In this document: positions 28,846 through 37,378 of the stretch, in pieces
Position numbering within the stretch: the stretch's first letter is position 1
How the letters are laid out: each line of letters opens with the position of its first letter
DNA from: an uncultured Lentisphaeraceae bacterium
GTDB lineage: Bacteria; Verrucomicrobiota; Kiritimatiellia; RFP12; DVOR01
Direction of reading: 5' to 3'
Length of the DNA stretch: 64,000 nt
Assembly: GCA_949289005.1 (NCBI GenBank)
Contig: CASEMQ010000053.1
Coordinates: 7,715 to 71,714 of the forward strand
Made by a program: the position numbers and the translations under genes
The notes under the pieces: generated by a model
Told to the model about the DNA's origin: nothing
Databases searched by the model: none
Seen by the model: the letters and a program-made list of their open reading frames with translations, nothing else

Positions 28846-29368
28846 TCACGCCCCGGCCGGCGAAGCGCCCCAAGGCGGCGGCCTCCCCGGCGAGACCGCC
28901 GTCTCCCTCCACATCCCCGTCGGCCTTGCGCTCCCGCCGGATCTTCCTCGCGCCCGGCTCCTGCACGCCGCGCGGGCCTGCGTCCGCGCCGCCCAACGCT
29001 TCGCCCCGCCCGCGACGCCTTGGCGCGAGGTCGTCATCCACCTCACCGGAGACACCGCCAACCAAGCCATCAACAAACGCATCCTCGGCCACGACTACCC
29101 CACCGACGTCATCACCCAAGCCTACGAGCCTTTTCCCTTCGAGCCCCCCGGCCTCACCGCCGAACTCCACGTGAACGTCGAGCAGGCCCGTCGCGCCGCC
29201 AAGGCGCTCCGCCGCCTCACCTGGGCCCAAGAACTCCTCCTCTACATCGCCCACGGCTGCGACCACCTCACCGGCGCCGACGACGCCACCCCCGCCCAAC
29301 GCCAAGCCATGCGCCGCCGCGACCTCCGCTGGATGCGCGCCGCCCTCAAAACCGCCGACCGCCCCTAA
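28823..29368 (+). CDS. ybeY: rRNA maturation endoribonuclease (start uncertain)
   Basis: INKRILGHDYPTDVIT and ELLLYIAHGCDHLTGADD...QAM match the YbeY signature. Confidence 0.8.
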   Translation: MKSSATPDHAPAGEAPQGGGLPGETAVSLHIPVGLALPPDLPRARLLHAARACVRAAQRFAPPATPWREVVIHLTGDTANQAINKRILGHDYPTDVITQAYEPFPFEPPGLTAELHVNVEQARRAAKALRRLTWAQELLLYIAHGCDHLTGADDATPAQRQAMRRRDLRWMRAALKTADRP

Positions 29369-29512
29369 GCCTGCCGCCTCCCCGCCGGCGGGCGCCCAAC
29401 CCGCGAAGTTGCGTTTCGATCGCGGGTGCGGATCGTGCCCCGCTTGCCCGGGAAAAGGCACGCGTTCTCGGCAGACCCATCCGCCGAGAACGTGCCGGGT
29501 GCGGCCAAAGCC

Positions 29513-29893
29513 TCAGCCCAAAACGTGTTTGGCCAAAAGCCGCTGCACGGCGTAGACGTCCACCGAACGGTTGAACGTCTTGGAAATCGTCGGCTCAAGC
29601 GACGACGACACCCAGATTTTCAGTTCCGCGTCCAGGTCGAAATGCCCCGCCGTCTCCAGGCTGAACCGCGAGATGGACTTGTAGGGCAGCGAAAGCATCT
29701 CCACCTTCTTCCCCGTCAGCCCCTGCTTGTCCACCAAAATCAGCCGCTTGTTGGTGAAGATATACACATCGCGCACCAACTTGAAGCCGGCCTCGATCTG
29801 CTCATCCTCCAACAGCAACTTCCCGTAATCCTTGCGCAACGCCTCCGCGTCCGCCTCGCCGGCATTGCCCATCAACGCGCCAATCAAACCCAT
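29513..29893 (-). CDS. Bacterial PH-domain protein (DUF1696/bPH_1)
   Basis: FKLVRDVYIFTNKRLILVDKQGLTGKKVEMLSLPYKSISRFSLETAGHFDLDAELKIW. Confidence 0.9.
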   Translation of the reverse strand: MGLIGALMGNAGEADAEALRKDYGKLLLEDEQIEAGFKLVRDVYIFTNKRLILVDKQGLTGKKVEMLSLPYKSISRFSLETAGHFDLDAELKIWVSSSLEPTISKTFNRSVDVYAVQRLLAKHVLG

Positions 29894-30015
29894 CTTCGGC
29901 TCCTTTCGTTCACCGGGCTCCCGCCCGCCATACGACCTTGAAAGACCAAGCCATTATACACCAAGCCCCCAACCCACGGCAACCGCCTTCCAATCACGGG
30001 TCGGCGTCGCCGGCC

Positions 30016-32946
30016 TTATTCCACGCGGACGCGGTAGAAGCCTTGGGTGCCCGCGAGCGGCACGCGCCAGCGGCGACTGTCCGCCGAGGGTGCCTCCGTG
30101 GCCGTCGCCTCGACCTCCGCGAAAGGCGCATCGAACGAAGCCGCCGAGAGGAGGCGCGGCGCGGCGGACGCCTTGAAAGTCGCGCCCGCCACGCGCACCG
30201 TCAGCCAAAGCCCCTCCGCGTCCATCGTTATTCCCGCGATCTCAAGCATGCCCCCCTCCACGCGAAGCGCCTGCACGCCATCGGCCGAAGGCGCGCCCGT
30301 GGCCGTCACCCGCACGCCATCGAAAAGGCGCACACGCTCCGCCGCCTCCGCCGAAACGAAGCGATAGCCCGCGACCGTCGGCCCCGGCGCGGGCAGGGCC
30401 GCCGCCACCTCCGCGGCCTCCGCGCCCGACAACGCCGCGTCGCCGCCCCACAGCGAAAAGTCCCGCGCACCGCCGCCCGAGACCCACAAGTCTCCCGCCG
30501 TCCAAGGGAAGTCCGCGCCCGGCAGGACGCGCAGGGTCATCGCCAAGCCGTCGAGCGCGGGCGCCGTGCCCAATGCCGCGCCGTTACGATTGCCCACGAG
30601 CGGCTGGGTGGCGTGGCCGCCCGGGCCGGAGACCTCGCCGCCCAGCCATGCGAGCGTCAACCCGCGGAGCGTCACGGCGTCCGTCGCGCCGTAGGCGAGG
30701 TTGGCGATGGCGCCCGCCGCGGCGCGATGGTTCCCCAGGCGGCTGCGCACCGCCGCGCCGGGCCGCAGGGTGAGGGCGCAATCCTCGATGACGATGCGCC
30801 CGGTCGCAGGCTCCCAGTTGCACTGGCCCACGAGCAGGCCCACGTCGCCATTGGCCGTGCCCATCGTCACATCGGCGCCCAGCGAGTCCGCGCCGTGGGC
30901 TTGGACGAGCCCCGCGGCATCGATGCGGCAGCCCGTGAGCGTCACCGTGCCCCGCGCCGCCCAGACGCCCGCGGCGAGGGCGCCGACCTCGTGCTGGCCG
31001 CGGATTTCGGAGCCTGGGCGCAAGCGCAGGGAGACGCGCGCGATGTGCGCGCCGTCGCCCAACATGATGGCCAGGAGCGCGGCGGAGCCGCCCGCCTGCC
31101 CCGCGCCCCGCGCGGAGAGCCGCAGATCGTTGCCTTGGCCGGTGCCGACGTCGAACTTCCGGTCGCGACGGCTGACGATGCGCCCCGCAAAGTCGATGTT
31201 CAGGTCGCGCACCGTGCCGGTAAGCGTGCGGAAGAGGGCGGCATCGTCGTAGGAGACGATCCAGACATCCGCGGGGAAGACAAGCGTGTGGCCCGCGCCG
31301 TCGAGCGTGCCGGCGAAGGCATCGATGGGCGCGGGGTCGTGGGCGAAGACGATGTCGGCGGCGAGGCGGACGTCATGCCCCGGGTTGTCCTGGAACCAAA
31401 ACCAATCCTCCTCGCTGTCGAGCAGATAGAAGCCATCCTCCGCGCACGGCGGCGTGGGCCACGCCCAGGCCTTGCGCGGCCAAATGACCTGCGCCTGGTG
31501 GCGGCCGAGGCTCTGCGGATGCGTCCAATCCGCGTCGGAGAAGTAGCCCCAGCTCATGACGCCGCCCGCGCCCCAATCAAGGCACTGGCGCACCTTGCCG
31601 CGATAGGTGGTGGGGCCGGTGAAGGTCTGGAGCACGCCGGTGTTGGGAAAGACCGCCGCGTCGCAGTCAAAACCCGTGTAGCCGGGGAAGCCGACGACAG
31701 AGCCCCAGCCCGGCTGCGACCACTTGGCGCGGTCGTTGCCGTAGATGGCCTGCCCCACGTGCAGGTGCCGCGCGGGCACGCCCATGGCCGTGAGCGCGCG
31801 GAAATCGTTGTCCATCAGCGTGTAGGGTGAATTGAGGTAACCGTCGTAGGCCATGATGTTCGCGTAATCGAGCGAGGCGAAGGCCGCTGCCTTGGGCGGA
31901 AGGTAGCTCGCGTTCACGGCGGCGGAGAGTTCCCAGCCCTTGCCCTTGGCGGCGAAGGCATCCTTCAGCGCCGCCAGCGTGCGCGCGAAGTTCGCGTGGC
32001 GCGCGGTCGTGTCGCAGTATTCCCAGTCCACGTCCAGCCCGTCCGCGCCCAACTCCTCCAAGAGCGCGACGGCGGAGGCCACGAAGGCCGCGCGGTTGCC
32101 GTCGGCCATCGCGTCGTTGGTGGCGTCGCCCTTGTGCGGATTGCCGTTGGTGACGACCTTGATGCGAAGGTTCGGGTTGTGGCGGTCGCGCAACGCCTTG
32201 AGGCGCGCGAAGGCCGCGCGATAGGCGGCGTTGGCGTTGAGCGCGGTCGCCGAGACCGTGCAGGTGGCGTCGCCATTGCCGATGACGTAGAGATCCGTGA
32301 GCGTGGGGAGTCGTTGCGCGGCCTCGCGCTCCCAAATGCCCAACACATCCGCCTTCGCATAGGCGCCGATACGGTCGCGGAAGGGATAAACACGATTGGC
32401 GAACGGCTTCGGGTCCACAATCTCCGCAAGCGGGATGATGCCATCGTCCATCGTCAAATCGCCCGCCACCGTCGCCTCGATGGATGCCTCCGGCGAGATA
32501 CCCTCGTCCACGCAGACCGTCACCCAAATGGAATCCCCCGCCCGCGGGCGCGCCCACGCCTCCTCCGCGTCCGCCCCCGTCGCGAAGTCCACGGTGAAAC
32601 ACCCATCGCCGTCCGGGTCCAGCCCCGCGCCGCCCACGTAGCAGAGGCTGTTGCTGCCCGTCAGCGTCGGCGTGCCCAGGTGCCCCACCGCGAAACCATC
32701 CTTCGTCGCCGGCTGGCGGAAGACCCGCACCCGATCGATGTCCGCCGCCGTGCACCCCGCCAGGCGGAATGCCACGCGGAACGACCGCAAATAGCCCCCC
32801 GGCACGTTCCGTATACCCAAAATCGCCTCGTCGCCCGCCCCGCGCGTCAGCCACGGGCGGTCGCGCACCACCGTCGCGCCCAACGCCGTCCCCGCCGCCC
32901 AAGCCATCGCCAAGGCCAGTGCCATCAATACGTTCATCGCTCTCAT
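30016..32946 (-). CDS. Secreted multidomain glycoside hydrolase family 18 protein
   Basis: Signal peptide; catalytic GADGLDVDWEY (DxxDxDxE), NIMAYD, GGVMSW; then a FAGTLDGAGHT GLUG-like region; C-terminus FYRVRVE. Confidence 0.8.
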   Translation of the reverse strand: MRAMNVLMALALAMAWAAGTALGATVVRDRPWLTRGAGDEAILGIRNVPGGYLRSFRVAFRLAGCTAADIDRVRVFRQPATKDGFAVGHLGTPTLTGSNSLCYVGGAGLDPDGDGCFTVDFATGADAEEAWARPRAGDSIWVTVCVDEGISPEASIEATVAGDLTMDDGIIPLAEIVDPKPFANRVYPFRDRIGAYAKADVLGIWEREAAQRLPTLTDLYVIGNGDATCTVSATALNANAAYRAAFARLKALRDRHNPNLRIKVVTNGNPHKGDATNDAMADGNRAAFVASAVALLEELGADGLDVDWEYCDTTARHANFARTLAALKDAFAAKGKGWELSAAVNASYLPPKAAAFASLDYANIMAYDGYLNSPYTLMDNDFRALTAMGVPARHLHVGQAIYGNDRAKWSQPGWGSVVGFPGYTGFDCDAAVFPNTGVLQTFTGPTTYRGKVRQCLDWGAGGVMSWGYFSDADWTHPQSLGRHQAQVIWPRKAWAWPTPPCAEDGFYLLDSEEDWFWFQDNPGHDVRLAADIVFAHDPAPIDAFAGTLDGAGHTLVFPADVWIVSYDDAALFRTLTGTVRDLNIDFAGRIVSRRDRKFDVGTGQGNDLRLSARGAGQAGGSAALLAIMLGDGAHIARVSLRLRPGSEIRGQHEVGALAAGVWAARGTVTLTGCRIDAAGLVQAHGADSLGADVTMGTANGDVGLLVGQCNWEPATGRIVIEDCALTLRPGAAVRSRLGNHRAAAGAIANLAYGATDAVTLRGLTLAWLGGEVSGPGGHATQPLVGNRNGAALGTAPALDGLAMTLRVLPGADFPWTAGDLWVSGGGARDFSLWGGDAALSGAEAAEVAAALPAPGPTVAGYRFVSAEAAERVRLFDGVRVTATGAPSADGVQALRVEGGMLEIAGITMDAEGLWLTVRVAGATFKASAAPRLLSAASFDAPFAEVEATATEAPSADSRRWRVPLAGTQGFYRVRVE

Positions 32947-33003
32947 CCGCGCCACCCTAACACATCCCGCGCCAAAACGCAAAACACGCTCGCGCGGCAA
33001 GAC

Positions 33004-33042
33004 AAGAAGGCGCCCCGTGCATTCGCGCGGGGCGCCTTTTTT
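33004..33042. terminator. Terminator downstream of groEL
   Basis: aaggcgccccgtgc-attc-gcgcggggcgcctttttt hairpin. Confidence 0.75.
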
Positions 33043-33062
33043 ATAGGCAATCGCCGAAACGA

Positions 33063-34697
33063 TTACATCATGCCGCCCATGCCGCCATCGGGCATCGCCG
33101 GGGCGGGCGTCTTGGGCTCGGGGATCTCGGTGACCATGCACTCGGTGGTGAGCAGGAGGCCGGCGATCGAGGCGGCGTTCTGCAACGCGGTGCGGGTGAC
33201 CTTGGCAGGGTCGAGGATGCCGGCCTTCACCAGGTCGACGAAGGCGCCGGTGGCGACGTCGTAACCCACGTTGCCCTTCTCGCCCTTGACCTTCTCGACG
33301 ATGAGCGCGGCCTCGAGGCCGGCGTTGGCGACGAGCTGGCGCAGGGGCGCCTCCATCGCGCGGCCGAGGATCTCGGCGCCGATCTTCTCGTCGCCCGAGA
33401 GCTCCGCGGCGCACTTCTCGACGGCCTTCTGGCAGCGGACGAGGGCGACGCCGCCGCCGGCGACGATACCTTCCTCGACGGCCGCGCGGGTGGCGTGGAG
33501 GGCGTCGTCGACGCGATCCTTCTTCTCCTTCATGGCGGCCTCGGTCTGGGCGCCGACCTTGATGACGGCCACGCCGCCGGCGAGTTTGGCCAGGCGCTCC
33601 TGGAGTTTCTCGCGGTCGTAGTCTGAGGTGGTGGTCTCGATCTGGTGCTTGATCTCGCCCACGCGCGCCTGGATGTCGGAGCTCTTGCCGGCGCCTTCGA
33701 CGATGGTGGTGTTCTCCTTGTCGACGGTGACGCGCTTGGCCTTGCCGAGCTGGTCAACGGTGACGTTCTCGAGCTTGATGCCGAGATCCTCGGAGATGAC
33801 CTGGCCGCCGGTGAGGATGGCGATGTCCTTGAGCATCTCTTTGCGGCGGTCGCCGAAGCCGGGGGCCTTGACGGCGCAGATCTGGAGCGTGCCGCGCAGC
33901 TTGTTCACCACCAAGGTGGCCAGCGCCTCGCCCTCGACGTCCTCGGCGATGATCAGGAGGGGCTTGCCGCTCTTGGCCACGCCCTGGAGCAGGGGGAGCA
34001 TGTCGTTGAGGTTGGAAATCTTCTTCTCGTAGATGAGCACGTAGGGATTGTCCAACACGCACTCCATGCTCTCGGCGGCGGTGACGAAGTAGGGGCTCAG
34101 ATAGCCCTTGTCGAACTGCATGCCCTCGACGACGTCGCTGGTGGTCTCGGTGGTCTTGCCGTCCTCGACGGTGATGGTGCCATCCTTGCCCACTTTGTCC
34201 ATCGCGTCGGCGATGATGGCGCCGATTTCGGTGTCGCCGTTGGCGGAGACGGTGGCCACCTGGGCGATCTCGTCGCTGGTGGAGACCTTCTTGGCCAGCT
34301 TGGCGATGGCCTCGGTGGCGGCGGCGGCGGCCTTGTCGATGCCGCGCTTGATGGCCTGCGGGTTGGCGCCGGCGGTCACGTTCTTCAGGCCCTCGCGGTA
34401 GATGGCCTCGCCCAGGATGGTGGCGGTGGTGGTGCCGTCGCCGGCCACGTCGTTGGTCTTGGAGGCCACCTCGCGCACCATCTGCGCGCCCATGTTCTCG
34501 AAGGGATCGGGCAGCTCAATCTCCTTGGCCACGGTCACGCCGTCCTTGGTGATCTGCGGGGAGCCGAACTTCTTGTCGATGATGACGTTGCGCCCGGAGG
34601 GGCCGAGCGTGGTGGCGACGGCCTTGGCCAATTTGCCCACGCCGGCCAGGATGGCCTGGCGCGCGTCGCCTTCATACTTCATTTGCTTAGCAGCCAT
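33063..34697 (-). CDS. groL: Chaperonin GroEL
   Basis: [38 protein letters not shown] tail. Confidence 0.98.
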   Translation of the reverse strand: MAAKQMKYEGDARQAILAGVGKLAKAVATTLGPSGRNVIIDKKFGSPQITKDGVTVAKEIELPDPFENMGAQMVREVASKTNDVAGDGTTTATILGEAIYREGLKNVTAGANPQAIKRGIDKAAAAATEAIAKLAKKVSTSDEIAQVATVSANGDTEIGAIIADAMDKVGKDGTITVEDGKTTETTSDVVEGMQFDKGYLSPYFVTAAESMECVLDNPYVLIYEKKISNLNDMLPLLQGVAKSGKPLLIIAEDVEGEALATLVVNKLRGTLQICAVKAPGFGDRRKEMLKDIAILTGGQVISEDLGIKLENVTVDQLGKAKRVTVDKENTTIVEGAGKSSDIQARVGEIKHQIETTTSDYDREKLQERLAKLAGGVAVIKVGAQTEAAMKEKKDRVDDALHATRAAVEEGIVAGGGVALVRCQKAVEKCAAELSGDEKIGAEILGRAMEAPLRQLVANAGLEAALIVEKVKGEKGNVGYDVATGAFVDLVKAGILDPAKVTRTALQNAASIAGLLLTTECMVTEIPEPKTPAPAMPDGGMGGMM

Positions 34698-34722
34698 TTT
34701 CGTAAATCCTTTCTTTCAATGC

Positions 34723-35019
34723 TTAGCCGAGAATGCCGAGGAGATCCTCGGAGCGGACGATTTGGTAGACCTCGTCGTCCAGCTTGATTTCGGTGCCGCC
34801 GTACTTCGGCAGGAGCACGGTGTCGCCGGGCTTGACGTCAAAGGGCACTTCCTTGCCGTCTTTGTCGCGCTTGATGCCCACCGCGACGACGGTGCCTTCC
34901 ATCGGCTTTTCCTTGGCGGTGTCGGGGATGATGATGCCGCCGCGGGTCACTTCCTTCTCTTCCTTGGGCAGAACGAGCACACGGTCGCCCAACGGACGGA
35001 TTGCAGGTTTCTTGGACAT
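34723..35019 (-). CDS. groS: Co-chaperonin GroES
   Basis: [30 protein letters not shown]. Confidence 0.97.
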   Translation of the reverse strand: MSKKPAIRPLGDRVLVLPKEEKEVTRGGIIIPDTAKEKPMEGTVVAVGIKRDKDGKEVPFDVKPGDTVLLPKYGGTEIKLDDEVYQIVRSEDLLGILG

Positions 35020-35109
35020 GGTTTGTCTCTTCCTTTCTTAAAGGGTTGGTCTGAAAATCCCGGCGGGCGGCAATGGGGGGCGAGCCCCCTCCCCCGCCCG
35101 CCGCGGGGG

Positions 35110-37005
35110 TCAGTTCATTTTGAAGTCCGCGTCGACCACGTTGTCGTCGGGCTTCTTCGCGTCGCCCGCGTTGGACTGGGCGCCCGCGTCGCCGCCGGGG
35201 GCCGCGCCCGCGCCGGGCTGTTGGTACATCGAGGCGCCCGCGCCCTGGAGGATCTGCATGAGGGCGTCTTGCTTGGCCTTGATGGCCGCGTCGTCGGTAC
35301 CCTTCAGCGCCTCCTTCAGCTCGTTGGTGGCGGTCTCCACCTTCGTCTTCACGTCGGCGGGGAGTTTGTCGCCGTTTTCCTTGAGAAGCTTTTCGGCCTG
35401 GTAGGCCATCTGCTCGGCCTGGTTGCGGTTTTCGACGGCGGCCTTGCGCGCCTCGTCTTCCTTGGCGTAGCGCTCGGCGTCCTGGCGCATCCGCTCGATC
35501 TCGTCCTTGGAGAGGCCGGAGGAGGCGGTGATGGTGATCTTCTGCTCCTTGCCGGTGCCCTTGTCCTTGGCCGTCACGTTCAGGATGCCGTTCGGGTCGA
35601 TGTCGAAGGTCACCTCGATTTGCGGCACGCCGCGCGGGGCCGGCGGGATGCCGTCCAGGTTGAAGCGGCCGAGCAGCTTGTTGTCCGCCGCCATCTTGCG
35701 CTCGCCCTGGTAGATCTTGATTTCCACACCGGGCTGGTTGTCCGCAGCCGTCGAGAAAATCTCGCTCTTCTTGCAGGGGATGGTCGTGTTGCGGTCGATG
35801 AGCGGGGTGGCCACGCCGCCGAGCGTCTCGATCGAGAGAGTGAGCGGGGTCACGTCCAGCAACAGCACGTCCTTCACGTCGCCCTTGAGGATGCCGCCCT
35901 GGATGGCCGCGCCCATGGCCACGACCTCGTCGGGGTTCACGCCCTTGTGGGGCTCTTTGCCGAAGATTTCCTTGGCCTTCTCCTGCAGGCGCGGCATACG
36001 GGTCTGGCCGCCCACGAGCACCACTTCGTCCACCGAGGAGATGCCCGCGTCTTCCATGCACTTGCGGCACGGCCCAACCGTGCGCTCCACCAGGCTATCG
36101 GCCAACTGCTCCAGCTTGGCGCGGCTCAGCTGCATGTTCAGGTGCTTGGGGCCGGTGGCGTCCATCGTGATGAAGGGCAGGTTGATGTCGCTCGTCTGCG
36201 CGCTGGAGAGTTCGATTTTCGCCTTCTCCGCGGCTTCCTTCACGCGCTGGATGGCCTGCGTGTCCTTGCTCAGGTCGATGCCGGTCTGGTTCTTGAACTC
36301 GGCGAAGAGCCAGTTCATGATCGCCTGGTCCACGTCGTCGCCGCCCAGCATCGTGTCGCCGTTCGTCGCCTTCACCTCGAAGACGCCGTCGCCGATGTCC
36401 AGCACCGAGATGTCGAACGTGCCGCCGCCGAAGTCGTAGACCGCGATCTTCTCGTCCTTCTTCTTGTCCAGGCCATACGCCAACGAGGCCGCCGTCGGCT
36501 CGTTGATGATGCGCAGCACCTCCAGGCCGGCGATTTTGCCGGCGTCCTTCGTGGCCTGGCGCTGCGAATCGTTGAAGTACGCCGGCACCGTGATGATCGC
36601 CTGCGTCACGGGCTCGCCCAGGCGCATCTCCGCGTCCGCCTTCAGCTTCGCCAAAATCATGGCCGAAATCTCAGGCGGGGAGAAGGTCTTGTCGCCCACT
36701 TTCACCGCCGCGTCGCCGTTCGCCGCGCGGACGACCTCATACGGCACCATCGCGATTTCCTTCTGCATCTCATCGAACTTGCGCCCCATGAAACGCTTGA
36801 TGGAGTAAATCGTGCCCTTCGGGTTCATCACGGCCTGGCGCTTCGCGGGAAGCCCCACCAAACGCTCGCCGTTCGCCGTGAACGCCACGATGGAAGGCGT
36901 CGTGCGCTGGCCCTCCGCGTTTTCCAACACGCGAGCCTCGCCGCCCTCCATCACGGCCATGCACGAATTCGTCGTGCCCAAGTCAATGCCAAGAATCTTG
37001 CTCAT
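35110..37005 (-). CDS. dnaK: Chaperone DnaK
   Basis: [51 protein letters not shown]. Confidence 0.98.
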   Translation of the reverse strand: MSKILGIDLGTTNSCMAVMEGGEARVLENAEGQRTTPSIVAFTANGERLVGLPAKRQAVMNPKGTIYSIKRFMGRKFDEMQKEIAMVPYEVVRAANGDAAVKVGDKTFSPPEISAMILAKLKADAEMRLGEPVTQAIITVPAYFNDSQRQATKDAGKIAGLEVLRIINEPTAASLAYGLDKKKDEKIAVYDFGGGTFDISVLDIGDGVFEVKATNGDTMLGGDDVDQAIMNWLFAEFKNQTGIDLSKDTQAIQRVKEAAEKAKIELSSAQTSDINLPFITMDATGPKHLNMQLSRAKLEQLADSLVERTVGPCRKCMEDAGISSVDEVVLVGGQTRMPRLQEKAKEIFGKEPHKGVNPDEVVAMGAAIQGGILKGDVKDVLLLDVTPLTLSIETLGGVATPLIDRNTTIPCKKSEIFSTAADNQPGVEIKIYQGERKMAADNKLLGRFNLDGIPPAPRGVPQIEVTFDIDPNGILNVTAKDKGTGKEQKITITASSGLSKDEIERMRQDAERYAKEDEARKAAVENRNQAEQMAYQAEKLLKENGDKLPADVKTKVETATNELKEALKGTDDAAIKAKQDALMQILQGAGASMYQQPGAGAAPGGDAGAQSNAGDAKKPDDNVVDADFKMN

Positions 37006-37057
37006 AACAAGTCGTTCCTTTCCAGGCGGGGTCACCGCCACTGTTCACGCCATCTTT

Positions 37058-37074
37058 TGCAAGTCCCGTGCCAA
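37058..37074 (-). promoter_or_regulatory. Sigma-54 (-24/-12) promoter of dnaK-groES-groEL
   Basis: Minus strand TTGGCACGGGACTTGCA matches TGGCACG-N4-TTGCW exactly, about 50 nt before the dnaK ATG. Confidence 0.75.
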
Positions 37075-37112
37075 ACGCGCCGACCCGCCCGCAAATCGCC
37101 CCTTCCCCGCCC

Positions 37113-37155
37113 CACCCTGCCAACACCGTGCCATCACCCTGCCAACACCGTGCCA
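37113..37155 (-). repeat. Two exact 21-nt direct repeats, period 22
   Basis: caccctgccaacaccgtgcca at 37113-37133 and 37135-37155; the minus strand contains TGGCACGGTGTTGGCA. Confidence 0.85.
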
Positions 37156-37178
37156 CCCCACCCTGCGCCCCGGGGCGC

Positions 37179-37340
37179 GACACGGCGTGTCTCGGGGCTC
37201 GTCACGGCGCGTCTCGATGTGAGGTACGGCGCATCTCGGAAAATGACCCCTTGTATAGATTGAAAACGTGGATTTGGCCCCGGCACGGCCCGCCCGCATT
37301 CAACAGGTTTTCAACAGCTTTCGCAAAGTTATCGACAAGG
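37179..37340 (+). repeat. Dispersed ~160-bp intergenic element, copy 1
   Basis: ACGGCG(T/C)(G/A)TCTCG units at 37182, 37204, 37226, then CGGAAAATGACCCC, GATTGAAAA, ATTCAACAGGTTTTCAACAG, AAAGTTATCGACAAG, shared with the copies at 47198 and 63824. Confidence 0.9.
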
Positions 37341-37378
37341 CAGACGGGCGGGGGCGGGTTTGTGTTAAAATAAGGCAC

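Noticed and set aside
37113-37240. Short periodic repeats as a possible CRISPR array
   Set aside because: Period is only 22 bp, with no unique spacers of CRISPR length and no cas genes in the window.
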